In this document: positions 38,288 through 47,600 of the stretch, piece by piece | How positions within the stretch are numbered: position 1 is the stretch's first letter | How the letters are laid out: each line of letters starts with the position of its first letter | Origin: Chloroflexota bacterium | Lineage (GTDB): Bacteria > Chloroflexota > Chloroflexia > Chloroflexales > Roseiflexaceae | Assembly: GCA_003670675.1 (NCBI GenBank) | Contig: QWQY01000001.1 | Span: 1 to 54,565 of the forward strand | DNA: 54,565 nt | Direction: 5' to 3' | Program-made: the position numbers and the translations under genes | Notes under the pieces: model-generated | Seen by the model: only the letters and a program-made list of their open reading frames with translations | Told to the model about the DNA's origin: nothing | Databases searched by the model: none

Positions 38288-39082
38288 TTATTTGGCCGTC
38301 GGTTTGCGCAAAATAAAGAAGTAATACGGGGCATCGGCGGGTGCAGGGGCATTGTACAGTGGGCGCAAGATGGGCTCCCACAGCCAATTGAGGGTGAACG
38401 GCGCCGCCAAAATCCAGCGGCCGAGGTATTTGCGGGTCAGCAACGACGGAGCGGCCAGGTAGTGGCTCAGATCGAACAGTGCCAGGGCCTCGTCGCTGAA
38501 ATACGGGCGGCAGGACACGACCTCGAAGCCGGCTTCTTCGAAGCGGGCGCTCCAGTCGGCCTTGCTCAAGGTGTTGCGGTGTACCGATACTTTGTTGAAC
38601 CAGCGGCCGTAGATGCCGCCGTCGAAGCCTAGTGCATTGAGGATTTTGGTGCCCAACAACTGCTCGGGGAAGCGGTTGCCGACCACCGATGCGACGAAAT
38701 GCGCACCGGGCTTCATGGTGCGGAACGTCTCGGCCAAAGTCTCTTTGAGGGGCAGCACGTGCTCGAGCACACAATTGCTGAATGCCGCCTCGAAGGTGTT
38801 GTCTGCAAACGGCAACTGCTTGCCGTCGGCGATGCTCAGCCCCTGATAGACGCCGCGGGCTTGTGCCTCGAGCGTGTCGCTTTTGATGGGGTCGATGCCG
38901 TAGATCTTTTTGCCGGGGAAGACAATCTGGGCAAAGGTACCGTCACCGCTGCCGACGTCGAGAATGGGCTCGGGCATGGTGGGGGCCGTCTCGGCAAAGA
39001 GACGGGCTTCGATCATCCGAATCATCACCCGGTGGGGTGGCAAGGTCATCAAATGCGGGGTGAGGAAGTCTTGGGTGGTCAT
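38288..39082 (-). CDS. Class I SAM-dependent methyltransferase
   Basis: ILDVGSGDGTFA (motif I), FSNCVLEHV. Confidence 0.8.
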   Translation of the reverse strand: MTTQDFLTPHLMTLPPHRVMIRMIEARLFAETAPTMPEPILDVGSGDGTFAQIVFPGKKIYGIDPIKSDTLEAQARGVYQGLSIADGKQLPFADNTFEAAFSNCVLEHVLPLKETLAETFRTMKPGAHFVASVVGNRFPEQLLGTKILNALGFDGGIYGRWFNKVSVHRNTLSKADWSARFEEAGFEVVSCRPYFSDEALALFDLSHYLAAPSLLTRKYLGRWILAAPFTLNWLWEPILRPLYNAPAPADAPYYFFILRKPTAK

Positions 39083-39083
39083 C

Positions 39084-40232
39084 TCAATTGCTCCTTGACA
39101 AGCGCTGGAACAACGCTTCGTAGGCGGTCACGGTCCGGTCAGTACTGAAGCGCGCCGCGATTTCGTCACGACTACGCTGGAATCGCTGGGGGTCGGCGAT
39201 AATCGTCAAAATCGCGTCGCCGAGTGCATCCGAATCACCGATGGGTACAACGAGCCCCATCCCGGTCTGGGTGGGGGGTTGCCGCACGCCGGGGAGGTTG
39301 GACGCTATCGATGGCGTGCCGCACAACATCGCCTCGACTTGGACCAGGCCAAACGACTCGGTCGAGTTGAGGCTGGGCACGGTCACCACATCGCAGACGT
39401 GGAAGAACGTCGCCAGTTCGCGTTGCGACAGCGTACCCACAAACGTCCAGTTGTTGCGGTACTTCTCGAACAGTGGCGCCAATCGGCGCGCGTAGGCTTC
39501 TTCGCCCAGTACTTGTTCGAAGGGGCCGGCAAAGAGTACCCGGGCGTCGGGATGCGCTGCAATGATTTTGGGCATGGCATCGAGCAGGACTTCGACGCCC
39601 TTTTCGGCTGCCAAACGGGCTGCCATCCCGATCACCGGACCGGTCAGGTTGTAGCGTTGTTTGAAGGCTTCGACATCTGCCGGCGACGAATCGGGGATTT
39701 CGACCGGCGGGGGGATAATCTCGACCTTGGATTTGAAGCGTGACAAGTAGGGCGAATGGCTGGCGAAGTCTTCGGTGTAGGCGACGATTTTGGTGGCCAG
39801 CGAGCCTGCCGCATTGTTGGCGACCTGCACGACTTTGTCGACGATGCGGTTAAATGCGCCCGGCGGCAGTTGCAGGTCACAGTGATAGGTGAGTACCACC
39901 GTTTTGCCCAACAGGCGCCCGCGCAGCGCCAGCCCCGGCGCATCGAACTGCGGCATATGCAAACTGAGCACGTCGTGCGACAGCGTTAGCCTGGTCGCCT
40001 CGAGGCCAAAGGTGGGCATGATGACGCCTTTGCTAATGCGGGCGGCCACTGGCACACGCACCACATGGACCCCATGCAGCACTTCTTCGCGGGGCAGGCT
40101 AGAGTCGTATTGTGATGTCAGTACGGTGACGTGATGCCCACGGGCAGCCAGGCCGACCGCGAGCCGTTCGGCATAGATGGTCAGACCACTAGTGTAGGGT
40201 CGATAGTAGGTGAGGGCGACCAGTACGCGCAT
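39084..40232 (-). CDS. Glycosyltransferase family 4, WcaI-like
   Basis: MRVLVALTYYRPYTSGLTIYAERLAVGLAARGHHVTVLT and the C-terminal ESFGLVQVEAMLCGTP (EX7E). Confidence 0.82.
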   Translation of the reverse strand: MRVLVALTYYRPYTSGLTIYAERLAVGLAARGHHVTVLTSQYDSSLPREEVLHGVHVVRVPVAARISKGVIMPTFGLEATRLTLSHDVLSLHMPQFDAPGLALRGRLLGKTVVLTYHCDLQLPPGAFNRIVDKVVQVANNAAGSLATKIVAYTEDFASHSPYLSRFKSKVEIIPPPVEIPDSSPADVEAFKQRYNLTGPVIGMAARLAAEKGVEVLLDAMPKIIAAHPDARVLFAGPFEQVLGEEAYARRLAPLFEKYRNNWTFVGTLSQRELATFFHVCDVVTVPSLNSTESFGLVQVEAMLCGTPSIASNLPGVRQPPTQTGMGLVVPIGDSDALGDAILTIIADPQRFQRSRDEIAARFSTDRTVTAYEALFQRLSRSN

Positions 40233-40235
40233 AGG

Positions 40236-41264
40236 TTAGCGTCTTTCGATTTCGTCACGGCTGGCGGCGACCCAGTTCCACAAGCGTTCGATGCCCTGGT
40301 GAACATTGACCGAGGGCTTCCATTGCAGGGCGGCCATCGCACGGTCGACATTGAGGATACAGACCTTTTGATCGCCAGGGCGCCAATCTGCAAAGGCAGG
40401 GTCGACCACGGGGCTCCCGTTGAGTGCATCGAGGATGGGGCGGAACTCGCGCCAGATCGAGATCGTGTAATCGGGTCCACCGCCTACGTTGAAGATTTCG
40501 CCGGCCACATGGTCGATGCGCAAAATCGCCTGCCGATAGGCGTTGACCAGGTCGTCCACATACAACAAATCGCGGACCTGCTTGCCGTCGCCATAAATGG
40601 ACATCGGCCGTTTGAACTGCGTGGCAATGATGAAGTGGGCTGCCCAGCCCTGGTCTTCGACGCCGAACTGGCGCGGACCGTAGATCGCCGACTGCCGGAA
40701 GACGACAGTCCGCAAATCATAGATACGATGGTAGTCACGCACGTACTGGTCGCCGGTACCTTTGGAACAGCCGTACGGTGAGTGAAAGTCGAGCGGTTGC
40801 GCCTCAGTGACACCACGTGGCAGGTCGCGATAACGCCAGCGGGTGGCGTCTTCGACGACCACAATGTCCTCCATGCCGCCGTAGACCTTGTTGGTCGACG
40901 AGTAGAGCACGATAGGGTTGCGGCCACCGGCACGTGCGGCCTCGAGGACGTTGAAGGTCCCGAGTGCATTGATGTCGAAGTCTTCGCGCGGGTTGGCCAC
41001 CGACGTAGTGACCGCTACTTGACCGGCGAGGTGGATAATCGTGTCGGCGTCGGCGAGTGCCTCGGCAGTCAGCTTGGCATCGCGGATGTCGCCGCGACGG
41101 AGCACAACCTTGTCGCCGTAGCTGCGCTGCAGCCAGGCGAGATTGTGTGACGATCCCGGCCGTGAAAGGTTATCGTACAAGGTGACACGATAGCCGTCGG
41201 CGAGGAGTGCAGCAGCCAGATTCGCCCCGATGAAGCCTGCGCCACCGGTGATTACGATATGCAT
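40236..41264 (-). CDS. Extended-SDR NDP-sugar epimerase, CDP-paratose-2-epimerase-like
   Basis: ITGGAGFIGANL, DNLSRPGSSHNLAWL (compare Salmonella RfbE DNLSRKGATDNLHWL, recalled from memory), YGCSKG. Confidence 0.8.
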   Translation of the reverse strand: MHIVITGGAGFIGANLAAALLADGYRVTLYDNLSRPGSSHNLAWLQRSYGDKVVLRRGDIRDAKLTAEALADADTIIHLAGQVAVTTSVANPREDFDINALGTFNVLEAARAGGRNPIVLYSSTNKVYGGMEDIVVVEDATRWRYRDLPRGVTEAQPLDFHSPYGCSKGTGDQYVRDYHRIYDLRTVVFRQSAIYGPRQFGVEDQGWAAHFIIATQFKRPMSIYGDGKQVRDLLYVDDLVNAYRQAILRIDHVAGEIFNVGGGPDYTISIWREFRPILDALNGSPVVDPAFADWRPGDQKVCILNVDRAMAALQWKPSVNVHQGIERLWNWVAASRDEIERR

Positions 41265-41650
41265 GGAGCCTCTATATCAATTGCAAACAAAAACACAGAA
41301 AATTCAGGTAACGCGTACCGTTCCCGCAGATATCATACCATAGCCGCGCGGACGGGCAACGTGCCTTTCACAGGATGGACGCATCGCAACGCCGTAGAGT
41401 TCCATTTTGTGACATCGGCGACAGCGTTGCTCGTGCACAGCCTTGGTTCGGTGAAACAGCATGCATTACGAATTACTACGAATTGTCATAGAAATCGGCG
41501 TTACCATCGAATATTGTTCTATAATATGCCATGAAATGGAATATCCAAGAGGCAGAACGTCGCATTGCGCGGGGTTCTGTGGTGTTATTTGTAGAAAATC
41601 CGCTCGGCCAGGACCACTGCGCGGCGGGAATGAACGGATAAGGATGCGAG
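41265..41650. promoter_or_regulatory. Divergent control region between the sugar-tailoring operon and the giant YYY gene
   Basis: 386 bp with visibly lower GC. TATAAT is at 41519-41524. The direct repeat TACGAATT occurs twice (41466-41473 and 41477-41484). I found no convincing -35 element. Confidence 0.4.
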
Positions 41651-44600
41651 ATGAATGTGAAGTCGTTCTTCCAACGGTCAGCAGGACAAACCGTCGCACT
41701 GCTGGCAGTTCTCTTGCTGGGTGCATACTTCCGTTTCGGCGGGTTGTTTATGTGGGACGAACCGTCGTTCCGCTTGCATCCCGACGAGCGATTCTTGACC
41801 GAAGTCGCCACGCAAATTCGCCTCCCCGCGAGCGTTACAGAATATCTCGACACGTCGAATTCACCGCTCAACCCCCGCAACGGGAACTATAAGTTTTTTG
41901 TCTACGGGATGGTCCCACACGAGTTGACGCGACTCACGGCGGTGTTGATTACGCCGCCCGAGCGATTGCCGGCGATGAACCCTGGGGAAGCTGCTCCAAA
42001 GCCCAACGCCGAAAAAGAAATCTCGGCCTTGATGCCGGAATTTATCCGCGCCATCATTAACCCAGATGGCCGCGACTATACCAGCGACATCCACAAAGTT
42101 GGGCGTGTCTGGTCGACGCTGTTTGACCTACTTTCTATCCTCGTCATCTACGGGTTAGGGCGCCGGTTATACGGTACAAGTGTCGGGTTGTTGGCAGCCT
42201 TGATGTACGCCGGTACAGGCTTTGCAATCCAGCAAGCACACTTTTTTACGGTCGATTCCACGAGTGCATTTTTCATATTGCTGACGGTCTATTACTCGGT
42301 CCGTGTGGCACAGCGTGGCTCGCTGACAGACTATGCCGGCGCCACATTTGCAATCGGTGCATCGATTGCCTGTCGTATTACACTTGCCACGGTCGCAGTG
42401 GTCACCATCGTGGCAGCCTTTAGTCGCATCTATGCCGCATGGCAACGCGGGAGTACCCGCGCCATGGCACGCGACTTTGGATTGCTCGTCCTCACCGGTG
42501 TGCTGGCGATTTTTGTAGCGCGGACATTAGGGCCAGACATGTTTGCGGGGACACTCCCCGGCGCGCCCGACAAACTGATCTTGACAGAAGTGTTGGGTGA
42601 GCGGGCTGTGGCTGTCGACGAGTTCTTCCAAGGGAAGGGGTTCTTCGATATACGCCCCGATGATCGATTCCTCAAGAGCATGGACGACATCCGGCGCTTT
42701 GCCTCGGGCGAGGTGGACTGGCCACCCACGCAGCAATGGGCGGCGCGGCCACGGTACGTATTTGCTTTGAGCAATATGGTCTATGCCGGCATGGGTGCAC
42801 CGTTGGGGATTGCAGCATGGATCGGGTTCTTGGTGGCAGGTTGGCAGTTGCTCCGTCGCAAGAAGCTGGTGCACCTCGTGCCTTGGGCGTGGGTACTGTT
42901 CTTCTTTGGCTGGCAGGGCGGCCAATTCTTGATGTCGATGCGCTATTACTTGCCGATATATGGCGTCCTGATTATTTTTGCTGCCTGGCTGGTGGTTTTG
43001 TTGGCGCAGCAACGCCAGCGTGTGTTTGACACGGTGATGCGCTGGATGTGGCAACCGGGCGACCCGGTGTTGCACCGTGCACGCGCCTTGACCATTGGGC
43101 GTAGCATTGCATTTATGGCGGTAGTACCAGCGCTGGTCGTGGTGACGGGTGCGTTGGCGTGGGGTTTTGCATTCTCACGCATGTACACCGAAGAACACAG
43201 TCGCGTGGCTGCGTCGCGCTGGATCTATACCAACATCCCGCCTGGGTCGGGCATCAGTGCCGAATCGTGGGACGATGGCTTGCCATTGGGGTTGGATGGT
43301 CGATCTGCGGATGAGTTCAAGGGCTATGCGTTCCCGGTATATGGCGAAGACGAAAAGAACAAATGGTACGGTAACGGCAACCCCGACGAGCTGGGGATGC
43401 TGGATCAAATCGACAAGGTCGATTACATCATCATGAGCAGCAACCGTGTCTACGACACGGCAGGGCGCTTGGTGATGCGCTACCCGGCACTCATCAACTA
43501 CTACAAAGCGTTGGCAGATGGGTCGTTGGGGTTCACGTTGGTTGCCGAGTTCCGCGCTGCTCCGCGGTTGTTTGGGTTCGAAGTACCGACGTCAGTCTGG
43601 GCCGAAGAAGCGTTTAGTGTCTACGATCATCCACGGGTCTTGATTTTCAAAAAGAACGACACCTACTCCAAGACCAAGGCCGAAGCGATTATTACCAAGG
43701 GCGTCGTTTTCGAAGAAGTCTACAAACTGCCCACCATCCGCGCCAGTGCCGTGATGACCGCCCTACACTTCACGGATGTGCAGTGGCCCACGTATCGCAA
43801 CAGTGCCAAATGGACCGAACTCTTCAGTACGGTCACTACCACCACGTTGCCATGGTTGTGGTGGTTGCTGGTCTTTGAGGTGATTGGGTTGGCAGGCTTT
43901 GTGTTGCTCCAAGGCGCCTTCCGCTGGATGCCGGATCGTGGCTACGGCCTCATCAAAATCCTGAGTCTGGTGACGGTTTCGTGGCTCATCTGGTTTGCGG
44001 CGAGCGTCAATCTGCTCGGCTTCACACGGACGGGGGTCGGTGTTGTCGCCGGCGCATGGGTCGCGTTGGCTGCCGTTGTCGGCTGGCGTCAACGTGCAGA
44101 GTGGCGCAGCTGGTGGAACCAATCGCGCTGGTTGATTCTGACCACCGAAGGATTATTTTTGCTGGCGTACGGCGCGTTTGTCCTGATTCGTGCGAGTAAC
44201 CCCGATCTGTGGCATCCCGCCCGTGGCGGCGAAAAGCCCATGGACCTGGCATTTTTGACGGCAGTTATCCGCAGCCCGGCCTTCCCGCCGATTGACCCGT
44301 GGTTCGCCGGCGGCATGTTGAACTATTACTACTTCGGTTTTGTGATGGTGGGCGTCTTGGTCCATCTGACCGGGATCGCGCCGGCAACTGCATACAACTT
44401 GGCGGTTCCAACGATTTTTGCCCTGACTGCGATCGGGTCGTGGAGCGTCGCATTGGCAGTCCAAGGTACCTTTGGGGTAATCTACGCCGGCAAGTGGCGG
44501 TATTGGCTAGCAGCGCTGACCAGCGACGGCAAACGCAAGCTCGCTGGTGCTGCGTTGGCTGCGTTGTTTGTGGTGTGTGCGGGTAACTGGTCACAAGCGC

Positions 44601-47600
44601 TATGGTATTTGCCCAATACGGGTGAGGCCGGGTTCGAATGTGACAAAGGCACGTCATATGCCATGCAGGCCGAATGCAAAGGGCGTGGCGAATGGGCCTT
44701 CTGGGATGCAACACGTGTCGTCTCGATCAAAACGGGTGACGGCGTCATCAACGAGTTCCCGTTCTTTACCTTCTTGTTCTCGGATCTGCACGCGCACATG
44801 TTTGGTTTGCCCATGTTGGTGGGCAGTCTGGGTGTGATGTTGGCGTTGATACGCCGTCGTCGCCATGCCCGCGCGGTGTGGGCGCGCTGGCGCGAACGTC
44901 TCGTCCTGTTGGGTTTTCTGGGGATGTTTGCCGGTGTCTCGTACGCCACCAACACTTGGGACTATCCGACCATATTCGGGATGTCCGTCGTCACATTGGC
45001 CTTGCTCGCCTGGCGTGATCACCAGCAGCGGCCCAACGCGGTCGCACACTTGATGGGATTGTTGGCATCGGTAGCAACGGTATTTGGGTTATCCAAGGTG
45101 TTCGTCTGGCCATTTAGTCGCGCGTTTGCCAGTGATTACACGGGTTTTGACCCATGGACAGGGCCACAGACTCCGGCTTCGTTGTTCTACGAAATCTCAG
45201 GAATGTGGGTCTACGCTGCCCTATTTGCGGCTGTCATCTTTGTCATCCGGGCCGGGTGGGTGCATCGCTTTGTGGCCGCTGGTCTGTTGGTGGTGACCAT
45301 TGCTGGCATTGCAGCAAGCGTCTATTTTGCATTGCCCGCGCTGTATGTCGAAGGGTTCGCGATTGCCGTTTTGGTGTTGTTGATAAGCACGGTGTTGACT
45401 CGGTCGGGTACGGTGCGCCAGTCGGTCCCGTGGTTTGGCCGAACAACGGCGATACAGCTCGAATTGCCCGTGTTTGACGCTCTCGAACGGCGTGCCGCAC
45501 CACAGATAGTGCCGATCGCACTCGAGACGGTCTTTATGATGGTGATGGTGTTGGCGGTGTTCGGAATCTCGGCGCTGACCGAGGTGCTGGTTGCCAAGTC
45601 CGACATCGGCCGCATGAATAGCGTCTTTAAATTCGGTATGCAGGTATGGGTCTTTGGTGCGATTAGTGCGGGCGTGTTGCTGACATGGGTCTGGCAAAAG
45701 CTGCGCACCTCACCCGTCGCGGTGCGCGCGTCGTGGTTGGCAGTCACAGCGATTCTTGTTGGTGCGTCGTTCGTCTATCCGATTACCGCTACACCGGTGC
45801 GCATCGCCGAGCGATACGACAAAGACGCACCCATGTCACTCGACGGCGAAGCGTATCTGCGCTCAGCCAATGCTTCGTGGGGCGAGAACGGTGTCAATTT
45901 CAGCTTCAGCGAAGATGCAGATGGCATTGCGTGGTTGCGTGCAAATGTGACCGGAACACCCGTGTTGCTCGAAGCACACGCCGAGGCCTACCGCTGGATT
46001 ACCCGCATCGCCACACATACCGGCATGCAATCATTGATGGGTTGGCCGTGGCATGAACAACAGCAACGCAGTGTGGCGGATGCCGGCGTCATCATTGACG
46101 CCCGCAAGCAGGCCATTCAACGCTGGTACACGAGTACGGATGCACGGCAGACCTTTGCCGAGATGCAGAAGTACGGTATCGAGTACATCTTCTTTGGCCG
46201 CATGGAACGCGCATTGTATGGCGAAAATGCCGGCAACGCGTTCAGTGAGTTGGCGGTGTCCAAGGATATCACTGAAGTGTTCCGGAGCGGTGAGACGGTT
46301 ATTTACCAAGTCCCTCGTGCCGACCATGCGCCAGGCGTGCTCAAAACCGGTACGTTGGCGGTCTTTGCGCCGAACCCCATCCCCCAGCAGTCATTGCTGA
46401 CTACTGATAATCAGTCATTGCCCGATGTCACTGCACCAGGGTGGAACCCCGTAACCGACACGGTGCCCGTCATCGTGCTGTGGATGCTCGCCTGGTATCT
46501 CATCGCGTTGCTGGGCTTGTTGCCCGCACTCTGGCTCGGTCCCGCTCAATGGCCGTGGGCGCGACTCCTCGGCTTGGTCATTCTCGGCTATGCACTGTGG
46601 TTGCCTGTCAGTGCGCGCCTCATGTATAACAGCACACTCGGCCTCGCCATCGCCCTGGTATTGACCGTGCTGGTTAGTGCGTGGTCGTTGGTGCGTATCG
46701 GTATGCGTCTGCAACAGGGTACTGATGCCTCGCTGCGCTGGTTTGATCCTGCAGCATTGCCACGCTACATCGGTGACGGTTGGAAGTGGGTCAAAACGAC
46801 ACTGCGCTACCAACGCGGCACGATTATCCGCTTCGAATTGTTGTTTCTCGTTTCGTTTGCCATTATGGCGCTGATACGCATGGCAAATCCTGATGTCTGG
46901 CATCCGATCTGGGGTGGCGAAAAGCCGTTCGAGTTTGGGATCCTGAACGCCGTGTTGCGTAGCCCCGTTATGCCGCCGTATTCACCATTCTTCAGTGGTG
47001 GAACGTTGAATTATTACTACTACGGGTACGTGTTGGTCTCGTTGCCATTGCGTTTGACCGGGATTGCCCCAGAACTTGGGTTCAATCTCATTCTCGCCAC
47101 GCTCTATGCGTTGATGCTCACTGGCATGGCGGCTCTTGTCTGGCGTGTTGCCAAGGTACGCTGGGTCTGGGTGTTGGCAGTTTTGGTGACTGGTGTGTTG
47201 GGTAATCTGGCTGGCGCGTTCCCCGTTGGGTGGGCGCGTGGCTTTGGCGAGGTGATTACCGCACTCCGCGAAAACGACTTTGCAACCGTAGGGAGCGTGT
47301 TGGGCGATTGGTTCATGGGACCGAGTCGCGTCATCCCCAGCACGATAACCGAGTTCCCGTTCTGGAGCTTCCTCTTTGCTGACCTGCATGCGCATGTTAT
47401 CGCGATGCCGCTTCTCATGCTGGCGCTGGCACTTGCCTGGCAAGCCCTCGAGAAAGCCGAACTGCCCAGTATCTGGTGGCTTTTGTCGGGGCTGACGGTC
47501 GGGGCGTTGTCGGTGACAAACTCGTGGGACACTCCCACCATTGTGTTGATCTTTACGGGTGCGTTGGTACGCCGTGTATGGGTCAGCGAACATCGCTGGC

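Noticed and set aside
41519-41524. A firm promoter call for the giant gene from the TATAAT hexamer
   Set aside because: No acceptable -35 hexamer lies at 16-18 nt spacing, and the TG is misplaced for an extended -10. I kept only a low-confidence regulatory-region annotation.
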